From Pecten maximus (Eukaryota), in the NCBI RefSeq assembly GCF_902652985.1, contig NC_047027.1:25296001-25360000 (forward strand): DNA of 64,000 nt, in the 5' to 3' direction. A model generated the notes under the pieces. The model was not told where the DNA came from. It was given only the letters and a program-made list of their open reading frames with translations, and searched no databases. Numbering within the stretch: position 1 is the first letter of the stretch; every line of letters begins with the position of its first letter. Shown piece after piece: positions 14,135 through 25,400 of this stretch. The position numbers and the translations under genes were made by a program.

Positions 14135-14855
14135 TATATAACGGACGTAGGGAGCGGAATGGTTTTACATGTACTGTATATATATACATGTATATGCAAT
14201 GTATAACGGACGTAGGGAGCGGAATGGTTTTACATGTATATATATATATGCAATGTATAACGGACGTAGGGAGCGGAATGGTTTTACATGTATATATATA
14301 TATGCAATGTATAACGGACGTAGGGAGCGGAATGGTTTTACATGTATATATATATATGCAATGTATAACGGACGTAGGGAGGGGAATGTTTTTATTTTAT
14401 ATATAACGGACGTAGGGAGGGGAATGCTTTTTAGATATATAACGGACTTAGGGAGGGGAATGGGTTTTTTTTTATATATATATATATATAACGGACGTAG
14501 GGAGGGGAATGTTATATATATATATAACGTACGTAGGGAGGGGGAATGTTTTTTTTTTAATATATATATAACGGACGTAGGAAGGGGAATGTATTTATAT
14601 AAAACGGACGTAGGAAGCGGAATGTTTTTTTGTTTTTTTTTATATATAACGGACGTTGGGAGGGGAATGCTTTATATATATATAACGGACGTAGGGAGGG
14701 GAATGTTTTTTTATATATATATAACGGACGTAGGTAGCGAAATGTTTGTTTTTGATATATATATATAACGGACGTAGGTAGCGAAATGTTTTTGTTTTTC
14801 ATATATATATTAACAGACGTATGGAGCGGAATGTTTATATATATATATAACGGGG
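14135..14855 (+). repeat. Minisatellite with core ATAACGGACGTAGGGAGGGGAATG and (TA)n/T-run spacers
   Basis: About 15 tandem units of ~40-59 bp. Confidence 0.9.
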
Positions 14856-14988
14856 AATGCGTGTTTTTCGAGCGTGAGGAACCTATTATTTTATATAATG
14901 GACGTAATGAAGGGAATGCGTATTTTTCGAGAATCACATTGAAACTTTTTATGGTTGGTGGCCCTGAAAAGGGCCGTTTTGTGAGGTT

Positions 14989-15528
14989 TCATAGAAACTG
15001 AACTCGGTGGAAAAAACTCGTCTTTACGATTCCTTTCACATTCCCTGGTGTCGCTAATGTACCATCGCGAAGACGATACAGTGGCCTGCCTTTGGAGAGA
15101 TACCGTTTCACATCAAGGTGTATAAGAACCTCTGAGTTCTTGTTGACCAGAGTCTTGCTGTCTGCAAAGTGGATCATCTGGCGATTTCTGCGGCTTAGGC
15201 CATGCACTTTGATTTCTTCGTAGGCAGCCCTGGTCGTTCCGTGCACGCAGTAGCGGACATCTCTTGGATCTGTAATCAGCTTTCCAGTTCTAGTGATGTC
15301 TATGTCGTCTGTAGAATGGCCATCACATGTTCGGACGAATTGTTGACAATCAGACAGATTGAGTCTGTCTCCTGCAACATGGCAAACGATGTACATTAGC
15401 ATGTCTCTGGTGATGGAGAATAGATGACAAATGTACCAGATTGGTACATATCCCGCCGGATCTCTCGGAGCGGAGGCGTCATGGCTGAGGAATCGGACGA
15501 TGGTACGTGAAGTCGTTTCGAAGGTCAT
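14989..15528 (-). CDS. Intronless Tpt1/KptA-family (RNA 2'-phosphotransferase / ADP-ribosyltransferase) homolog, ~179 aa
   Basis: Motifs FLSH (cf. LRH), DPAGYVPI, VRTCDGHS (cf. IRANQGHS), CVHGT, GLSRRNRQMIHFA and TPGNVKGIV. ATG at 15528 lies in a CAACATG context. Confidence 0.85.
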   Translation of the reverse strand: MTFETTSRTIVRFLSHDASAPRDPAGYVPIWYICHLFSITRDMLMYIVCHVAGDRLNLSDCQQFVRTCDGHSTDDIDITRTGKLITDPRDVRYCVHGTTRAAYEEIKVHGLSRRNRQMIHFADSKTLVNKNSEVLIHLDVKRYLSKGRPLYRLRDGTLATPGNVKGIVKTSFFHRVQFL

Positions 15529-15560
15529 GTTGAAAAGTGTTTGTTGGTAGGATAATGATG

Positions 15561-15642
15561 TATTTAAATAATTAACAACATCAAATCGGTCCAATCAAAT
15601 GTGGGGGCGTGGCGTTTCGGGCTACCCAAACTTTATCCAATC
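15561..15642 (-). promoter_or_regulatory. Compact Pol II promoter candidate for the Tpt1-like ORF
   Basis: TATTTAAATA at 15561-15570, CCAAT at 15591 and 15637, and GC box GGGGCGTGGC at ~15604-15613. Confidence 0.5.
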
Positions 15643-15719
15643 AAATATTCTTTCACAATATCCAAAATTAATTAATTGATTATTGATGACATATCTACTG
15701 AGGCTAAGTAAACAACTCT

Positions 15720-16250
15720 CACCTGTTTGATCACCCGTGCTCATGGAGGTGAGTACAATTAACTATTGTACTGTAAACAACTCAAGGTGTCATGATTGTT
15801 TGCACAAGTACCTTCTCCGGTGATGTACCGCGCATATTTCAGTGATCATCTGTGCTAATGAATGTGTATACAATCAATTAAAACTACTTCTGTTTCATTG
15901 ATCACCTGTGCTAATGAATGTGTATACAATCAATTAAACTACTCATATTTCATTGATCACCTGTGCTAATGAATGTGTATACAATCAATTAAAACTACTT
16001 AAGCTTCATTGATCACCTGTGCTAATGAATGTGTATCCAATCAATTAAAACTACTTATGTTTCATCGATCACCTGTGCTAATGAATGTGTATACAATCAA
16101 TTAAACTACTCATATTTCATTGATCACCCGTGCTAATGAATGTGTATACAATCAATTAAAACTACTTATGTTTCATTGATCACCTATGCTTATGAAGGTG
16201 TATACACTAAATTAAAACTACCCATGTTATGTAAACAATCACGCCGCTAA
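15720..16250 (+). repeat. 55-56-bp tandem repeat (TGATCACCTGTGCTAATGAATGTGTATACAATCAATTAAAACTAC...)
   Basis: About 7 well-conserved units plus degenerate edges. Confidence 0.9.
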
Positions 16251-17789
16251 TGACTGTTTGTATTATTAATTTGAAAACAGGAGAGTTAATCTGGCAGAAT
16301 TTTAACTTTTTCTCCGGGGCATTAGATTACTAATAACACTTTGTACATCGGCTAATTTCCTGAGGAAAATAGTCGATATAACTCAGGAATCAAGGAGTCA
16401 AACAACCCTTGATATCCAGCTTCTACCTTTTTATAAAAAAAAAAAACACAATTTTTTTCCCACAATAAGTGTTCCATTATGTGTCGAACCCCACTAACTC
16501 TGTACTGGACCAGGGGAGACAACTCGTAGGAAATACCGGTCAGGACATTAAATGGGCCAAGTCCGCCTGGCAATCTGTACCTTGTACCTTTTGGTATAAT
16601 GATACTTTTATAAGATTAAAGAGGAATTAGTTGATTATTTTTTTAACTGTTTTTACATTTTAAAATGTTTTAACTGATACATTGTATACGTAGCTATTAC
16701 GTAATTATTTAAATAATAAGCTGGGTACATTAGCCCTGACGTAACAATAAATTACTGTTTATAAGTATTAGACAGCTAATGATTTTTCCTCCTCCTTTTC
16801 ATGTTAAATCCTTTGTTTTTTTTAAACTTTTACTGCCGCTTTTTTTCTTCATTTTCTGATATTATATATTGTTGATACGCATACACTAGTATAAGATAAA
16901 AAAGAATAAAAACCCGCATACACTATAGGGACGCCCCGGACCATCTATACCTCCAGCCAAGCCCGGCAAAAGGACAAAGTACTGTACCTTACGGAAGCAG
17001 TGACGTCCTCGACTGTCGGGTGTAACTGGTGGCCTTAGACCCGGGGTACAAAACAGACATTATATATCGCCCCTTATTGGAACACCAACATACGACAATA
17101 ATTTCACTCTTGAACAAATATATATATCTATCGATATTTTTTGCAAAGATTACTTATAAATATATAAAGATAAATTTTTAACATAAGTATATAGTAAGCC
17201 TCTTGGCTCCCTTCAGTCGCCCTCCCACGACAAAAAAAATAAAATAACGTGGGATATTTTTATACCACCGTAGAGCGACTGGCGTACATGGGCTTGCCCA
17301 CAATGCCACACCCGCCACATTGGATTGGATTAGACTACGGTGTCGCAGTATACAACTCGGTCAGTAACTCACAACTAGAAAAAATAATGTCGTACAATAC
17401 AGATGTCTTATTACTTGTCTGCATGTAATGAAGGGAACTTCACTCTCTAGTCTCAAAGCCGAGGCTGGGGACCCTCCGCTTCAAATACGCCGAAATTCAT
17501 TCATCGCAAAATACCAATTAAAACTTGGAAAGTATTGAAAATGACTTCAAATTTAAATATAATGAAAATAAAATACTGCCTTCATACAAATCAGATTATA
17601 CATGTCTAAAATATATCTAATCTATTTTTCAGCTGGGTAACATCAACGTGCATACAGCAGAGTTTAGTTCAATCCCACTGTGGACACTGAACAAACCGAT
17701 AATCAATATAGACTTAAAACAATGTACCTCAGACGGTAAATAAATCCATGTCTCCTGCAGACGCCATAGTACCACTGCGTCTTTTTATT

Positions 17790-18190
17790 GACTCACTTAA
17801 AGGAGTACACATATATACAGATGGCTCTAAAGATCCTAATACTAAAAAAATGTGGATGTGCTTTTGTCATTCCAGCCTTAGACATTAAAAATAGATTTCG
17901 ATTAAGTCCGAATATATAGAGAAAACATGGTCAGTGTCTTAAAATATAAGCGGTATTTTGACGAGGGTAAAGAAAGACAAAAGTGGCAAGCTTTGTCGTC
18001 ATTTATATAATGTATGTACATTGTATTACTTAAAAACTGAATAAAAAATAAATTATCAAAAAAACTCGATTAAGCAATAATATTTCTATAATGACGGCTG
18101 AACTTGCAGCCATACAGCTTTAACCAATACAGCGGCAGATAACTCCGTCATTCTTGTAGATTCACTGAGCGCATTACAAGCATTAAAACA
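17790..18190 (+). pseudogene. LINE (I/Nimb-like) RNase H fragment split by a 5'-truncated poly(A) retro-insert
   Basis: HIYTDGSKDP..CAFVIP, then SIMTAELAAI..VILVDSLSALQAL. The insert at 17907-18065 is flanked by TSD TCGATTAAG. The same arrangement is at 4660-4990. Confidence 0.8.
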
Positions 18191-18238
18191 CCAGAACATA
18201 CAATTACAAACCCGATTAAATTAGCTTCTATTTTAGGA

Positions 18239-18575
18239 CATCAACTGTGGTGCTAACAATCTTGATCCCGTGATCCCGTCCCCATCGTCCTGCAGCAGTT
18301 TCAGCAATTGTGGGAGTGGATTTGGAAAGTGTCGCCGACTATGCAGATCGCAATTTCAGCCATTCTACCGCGGATCGAGTCCCGATTTGAAGAGGCGATA
18401 ACCAGACCAGGATTTATCAACAAAATCAACTACAAGGCCAGATGTATGAACCACGCACTAAGAACCATATCCAGCATCACACTGAACCTCCACTTCATAC
18501 CCCATCCAACCTTCGCCCGGAACGGAGTTATCTAAGCTTTAAGGGCACTGACAGGGCAGTGAACGACATCCTCGT
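18239..18575 (+). pseudogene. SGNH hydrolase-like fragment (copy B; C-terminal part repeated at ~20559-20650)
   Basis: CGANNL..QIAISAILPR..MNHALR. The RDGLHL motif is present in the 20559 copy. Confidence 0.65.
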
Positions 18576-18599
18576 TACAACAATCGGAACAACGTCACA

Positions 18600-21420
18600 A
18601 ACCACTACGTCACCACCGACCACAACGTCGCCACCGAGCACTACGTCGTCACCAGCCACTACGTCACCACCGACCACTACGTCACCACCGACCACTACGC
18701 GGCTACCAACCACTACACCGACTACTAACTCACCACCGATCACTACGTCACCACCGACCACTACGTCACCACCGACCACTACGTTATCACCGACCACTAC
18801 GTCACCACCGACCACTACGTCGCCATCGGCCACCTTGCAGCCACCAGCCACTACGCAGCCACCAGTCACTACGCAGCCACCAGCCACTACGTCGCCACCA
18901 GCCACTACGTAGCCATCGACCACTACGGCACCACCGACCACTACGCTGCCATCAACCACTACGCAACCACCAGACACTACGTCGCCAATAGCCACTACGA
19001 AGCCACCGACCACTACACCGCCACCAATCACTACGTCGCCACCAGCCACTACGCAGCCACCGACCACTTCACCGCCACCGACAACTACGTCGTTTCCGAC
19101 CACTACGCCGCCACCAACCACTACGCCGCCACCGACCACTGCGTCACCACCAACAACTACGCCGCCACCGACCACTACGCCGCCACCAACCACTACGCCG
19201 CCACTGACCACTACGTCACCACCGACCACTACGCCACCACCGACCACTACGTCTCCACCGACCACTACGTCACCACCGACCACTATGTCAACACCAGCCA
19301 CTACGCAGCCACCGACCACTACGTCGCCACCGACCACTACGTCGTCACCAGCCACTACGTCACCACCGACCACTACGTCACCACCAGCCACTACGCAGCC
19401 ACCGACCACTACGTTGCCACCACCCACTACGTCGCCACCGAGCACTACGTCGCTTCCGACCACTACGTCGCCACCGACCACTACATCGCCACCGACCACT
19501 ACGCGGCCACCAACCACTACACCGCCAACGACCACTAACTCGCCACCGACCACTACGTCGCCACCAGCAACTACGCAGCCACCGACCACTACGTCACCAC
19601 CGACCACTACGCGGCTACCAACCACTACACCGACTACTAACTCGCCACCGGTCACTACGTCACCACCGACCACTACGTCACCACCGACCACTACGTCACC
19701 ACCGACCACTACGTCACCACCGACCACTACGTCGCCAGCGGCCACCTTGCAGCCACCAGCCACTACGCAGCCACCAGTCACTACGCAGCCACCAGCCACT
19801 ACGTAGCCATCGACCACTACGGCACCACCGACCACTACGCAGCCATCAACCACTACGCAACCACCAGACACTACGTCGCCAACAGCCACTACGCAGCCAC
19901 CGACCACTTCACCGCCACCGACAACTACGTCGTTTCCGACAACTACGCCGCCACCAACCACTACGCCGCCACCGACCACTGCGTCACCACCAACAACTAC
20001 GCCGCCACCGACCACTACGCCGCCACCGACCACTACGCCGCCACTGACCACTACGTAACCACCGACCACTACGCCGCCAACGACCACTATGTCTCCACCG
20101 ACCACTACGTCACCACCGACCACTATGTCACCACCAGCCACTACGCCGCCACCGACCACTACGTTGCCACCACCCACTACGTCGCCACCGGCCACTACGT
20201 CGCCACCGACCACTATGCCGCCACCGACCACTACGTCGCCACCGACCACTACGTCGCTTCCGACCACTACATCGCCACCGACCACTACGCGGCCACCAAC
20301 CACTACGTCACCAGCAACCACTCAGCCGCCACCAACCACTACGCCGCCACTGACCACTACGCCGCCACCGACCACTACGTCAAGACCAACCACTATGTCA
20401 CCACCGACTACTACGCCGCCGACCACTACGCCGCCAACGACCACTACGCCGCCACCGACCACTACGTCGCCACCACCCACTACGTCGCCACCGACCACTA
20501 CGTCGCTTCCGACCACTACGTCGCCACCGACCACTACGCCATCACTGACCACTACGTCGGAACGGAGTTATACAAGAGCAACTTCTCAGCAGAGATGGCC
20601 TTCATCTAATCTATAAGGGCAATGGCAGGGTAGTGAACGACATCCTCGCCGGAGTTACAACAATCAGGACAACGTCACAAACCACTACGTCACCACCGAC
20701 CACTACACCGCCACCGACCACTACACTGCCATCGACAACTACGTCGCCACCGACCACTACGTCAACACCGATCACTACGTCGTCACCAGCCACTACGTCG
20801 CCACCGACCACTACGTCACCACCGACCACTACGTCACCACCAGCCACTACGCAGCCAACGACCACTACGTTGCCACCACCCACTACGTCGCTTCCGACCA
20901 CTTCGTCGCCACCGACCACTACACCGCCACCGACCACTACGCGGCCACCAACCAATACACCGCGAACGACCACTAACTCGCCACCGACCACTTCGTCGCC
21001 ACCAGCCACTACGCAGCCACCGACCACTACGTCACCACCGACCACTACACTGCCACCGACAACTACGTCGCCACCGACCACGACGTCAACACCGACCACT
21101 ACGTCGTCACCAGCCACTACGTCGCCACCGACCACTACGTCACAATCGACCACTACGTCACCACCAGCCACTACCCCGCCACCGGCCACCTTGCAGCCAC
21201 CAGCCACTACGCAGCCAACGACCATTACACCGCCACCAATCACTACGTCGCCACCAGCCACTACGCAGCCACTAGCAACTACGCCGCGACCAGCCACTAC
21301 GCAGCCAACGACCACTACACCGCCACCAACCACTATGCTGCCACCAGCCACTGCGTTGGCACCAACACTAGGCAGCCACCAGCCACTACTCAGCCACCAG
21401 CCACTACGCCGCCACCAACC
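18600..21420 (+). repeat. 18-bp Thr/Pro-coding minisatellite (TTSPPT)n
   Basis: Tandem array with higher-order internal duplications and several in-frame stops. Confidence 0.95.
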
Positions 21421-21469
21421 ACTGAGCCTTCCTACTTTTCTGTATTGATGTCGGTGCCACCAACAGCAA

Positions 21470-21635
21470 CACCTGTCAAAACACATACATAATCTACTCC
21501 ATATGCATTCTAACTCATATCTACCCATGTCAAAACATAAACACCATCTACCCCACATACAGTATAACTTATATCCACCCATGTCAAAACACATACCCAA
21601 TCTACCCCATATACAGTATAATTTATATCTACCCA
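21470..21635 (+). repeat. ~54-bp tandem repeat, left part (continues at 29294-29595)
   Basis: ACCCATGTCAAAACA..CTACCCCATATACAGTATAACT units interrupted by the LTR element. Confidence 0.85.
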
Positions 21636-22306
21636 TGTGATGTATCATGCTTCATAATCATAAAGGACGAATAAAGTCGATGTAGACTCCCTTTATTTGC
21701 ATCACACACCTCAAGAGAGGGTAAAAAACTACAAAGAAAACAAAACCAAAAATAACAAAAGTTAGGAAACCAACAGAAAGAGTAATCGTCTCGGACAGAC
21801 CAATAACTGTTCCTCCTAATAAATCATGTTACAAATACAATGAAATATAACACATTATATGTTCCTACCGGATAAAATTATGAGAAATTGCTCACTATCT
21901 TTCATATTCTTAATAATAAAGATTTAAACAGCTCAAATGAGGTTATTCGAATGTCATTTGTCCAAGTTATAACATGTATTCAATGTATAAACAAACCAGC
22001 AGACGACACTTGATTGAAATATGGCGGGACCTACTCGGCCAAGCCTAACACGATTTACCAAACTTACAAGATGAGAATATATGCATATGACATAATAACA
22101 AGCATCATAGATATATTATGCATTAAACCATATATTAATTATCAACACTTACTCCTTAGGGAGGCCAGTATATCCGAAAACAATAGCGTGACAGCGACGC
22201 TTCCACATGGTACTGTAGACATGGGAACTTGTAACTAATACACTAATATGCGGATAGAGGCGGACTCTAATTTCCGGACAACAGATTCCGGACTTAGACC
22301 ATCACA
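21636..22306 (-). repeat. 3' LTR
   Basis: Direct repeat of 28623-29293 (offset 6987). No differences were found by eye. Confidence 0.97.
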
Positions 22307-22316
22307 CTCCTCCTCT
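22307..22316 (-). other. Polypurine tract (PPT)
   Basis: Minus-strand AGAGGAGGAG abutting the 3' LTR. Confidence 0.85.
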
Positions 22317-22488
22317 GATTTCAAGAGAAATCATTTACAACAATTCAATCATAAGATAATTTCTTAACTACAATATTCTAAATATAATACAGTATTCATA
22401 AATGAATAATCAAATCTAAACGCTATGAAACAATTTCAGACATCAATCACAGTCTTTGGAAATGATACAACACAAGAAAATGTCCGCG

Positions 22489-25400
22489 TCACTCATCTGT
22501 TTCCAAAAGTGTTACCAGTTCGGTAACTGGTCTGACATACAATACACGTTTATTGTCTCTCACAACAGCAATCTCAACCTTTCGTACTGCACAGTCGTTA
22601 CTTGGAAATGTTCTTTCAACTATTCCAACCGGCCATTCATTTCGAGAGCGCTCCCCGTCTTTTAAGAGAACCAGGTCTCCCGGTTGAAGGTTCTTGGTGT
22701 GTTTTTGCCACTTCTTTCGCAATTGTAAACCGTGAAGATACTCATTCCTCCATCTCCTCCAGAATTCCTCTGCAAGTGATTGCACGTGTTTCCATGTCGA
22801 GCGCAACACATCCTTTGTGTTGTAAGGAGGGAACGGGTTGACATCACAACTAGTCTTACTTGTCAACAGCATAGACGGCGTAAGAAGAACAGGTGACTCT
22901 GGATCACTGAATACATCCACTAACGGTCTATTGTTCACAATTGCACAAACTTCAGACATAAGAGTGGTCAATACCTCGTGTGTGAGACTTTTCCTTTGCT
23001 GTTGAAGCAACATAGAGTTCAAGATGTTCTTGGCGACACCAATTAACCTTTCCCAAGCGCCACCCATGTGAGGCGAGTAGGGTGGGTTGAAAATCCACTT
23101 GATTTTGCCGTCGGATAAGAAGTCAGCAACATGATCATTCTCAACAAATCTTGCATCAATGGCCAGATCTTCTGTCGCTCCCACAAAATTCGTGCCCCTG
23201 TCGGAACGAAATTGGATGACCGGTCCACGCACAGAAATAAACCGTCGTAAGGCGTTAATAAAAGACGAGCTGGAAAGTTGTTCTATCACCTCTATATGTA
23301 TGGCTCTTGTCACAAGACATGTGAACAACAAAGCCCATCGTTTCTGCGTTGCAGATCCTCCTCTGGTCCGCCGGAATGAGATAGGCCAAGGTCCAAACGT
23401 ATCCACACCGACATATGAAAAAGGTGGTGAAGGAGTGCATCTGTCAGTAGGAAGATCTGCCATATACTGTTGACCAAACTGACCACGAAGTTTCTTGCAG
23501 GTAACACAATTGTGAATAATAAAGTTAACCATTTTCCTGCAACTCACGACCCAATATCCACCTGTGCGAACAGCTCCTTCTGTAAACTTACGACCCTGGT
23601 GAACTACTTTTTGATGAAAATGACGAACCACCAGAAACGTCACGTGATGGCTCTTGGGAAGTATAACAGGGTTCCTTAATCCTGAGCCGATAATCTCATT
23701 GTCGATCTTGTTAAGGCGACCTCCTACATGTAAAAGTCCATCTGTACCAATAACTGGAGTAAGAGTTTTGAGAGAACTTGAATGAGGAATTTCTTTTCCA
23801 GCATGGATACGTTGGAACTCTGAACTGAATGCATCTTGTTGAGCTACTGCAATGATGGCACGCTCACTTTCTTGCAGAAATTCTGGTTCATCAAATCGAT
23901 CAGGTAAGCGTTCTCTGTCCTTCCGGATATGAGCTGCCAAGAACTTTATACGGGCAACAACTCTCACAAGTCTTTTCCAGTTTGAAAATCTGGTGAATCT
24001 CTTAGAGAATCCCTCTGGCACCTTTCCACAATCTGTCTGTTTTACTTTCTTCTCGGGAACATCTATCATATCCTCCGACTGCTCCATTTTTGAACAGTTT
24101 ACTTCAGGACGGATTTCCAAGTCATGATCCGGGTCTATTAAATCATAGCCATCCGGGGATGTTCTATGCTTGATATCGGGGCCAAGAATCCAACTAGAGT
24201 CTGGCAATAACAAAGCGTCTAGACCTCTAGTAGCTACATCTGCAGGGTTACACTCCGACGGAACAAAATTCCACTGAGTCGGTTTGCTGAACAGACGAAT
24301 CTTGCTCACTCTGTTTCCCACATATACGTAGAATCTACGACTTTCGTTTGATATATATCCAAGTACGACTTGACTATCAGAAAAGAACTGAAAGCTATCC
24401 TGAGGAATATCGAGTTGGACCCGAATGGTCTCAGCAATTTCTGTAGCGAGTACCGCAGCGCACAACTCTAATCGCGGAACTGTATGTCCATGCGTAGGTG
24501 CTAATTTAGCCTTTCCTAACAGAAAGCCAATGCTAAATCTACTAGGATCGTAAAGTTTGAGGTATGCGACAGCCGCTATCGCATCTTTCGACGCATCAGC
24601 AAACACAAGAACTTCCCTTCTCAAAGCGTCATCAAAAGAGATGTCGCAGTAGACGCGTGGTATGCTAAGATTCTCAAGGTTGTGCATAGAATTAACCCAC
24701 AAACACCACTGGCCATAGAGTGACTCAGGTAGAGGATCATCCCAGTCATTGCTTGAGGTGACGGACATCATTTCCCGAAGCAGTAGTTTTCCCCGAATAG
24801 TGAACGGCTGAGCAAATCCGAGAGGATCATATATACTATTGATTGTTGATAACAGGCCACGACGCGTGTAAACTTTCTCCACTTGGTTAACCTTGAAAGT
24901 GAACGAATCAGTTTCTGTATCCCACAAAAGTCCTAAGCTCCTTTGCGTGGGGAGAGTTTCTGTCAGGAGATCAATATCTTTGAGATCCTTAGCCAGGTCT
25001 TTCTGACAAAAAGCATTAAGCACATCCCTGCTATTTGAAGCAAACTTATGAAGTCTGATTTCTCCATTCTCTTGGAGAGCGTGTTTTGTGCGTTCCACAA
25101 TGTCAATAGCCTCAGACTGGGTCCTACATGACAACAGACCATCGTCAACATAGAAGTCTTTACCCACTAAGTTCTGCACGTCCTGATCAGAATTTTCTAC
25201 AGCCTTACGCAAGCCGAAATTAGCAACAGCAGGAGAGGCAGTGTTGCCGAAAACATGTCTTGTCATCTGATACTCAACTAACGGCTCACTCAAATCATTG
25301 TTCTTGTGCCACAAAAAACGTAGGAAGCGACGTTGCACCTCAGGAACCTGAAAGTTGTAGAACATTTGCTCTACGTCCATGGTGACTGCAATTCTTTCAC

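Larger units (their letters stand above)
16620..21420 (+). repeat. Composite interspersed repeat, copy B
   Basis: Colinear with 731-6470. Confidence 0.85.

Noticed and set aside
18442-21648. Long mucin-like and Val/Gly-rich ORFs
   Set aside because: These are by-products of an 18-bp minisatellite open in several frames on both strands, with scattered stops.
22014-22238. Duplicated 74-aa ORF (also 29001-29225)
   Set aside because: Antisense TTG-start ORF within the LTRs with no coding signal.
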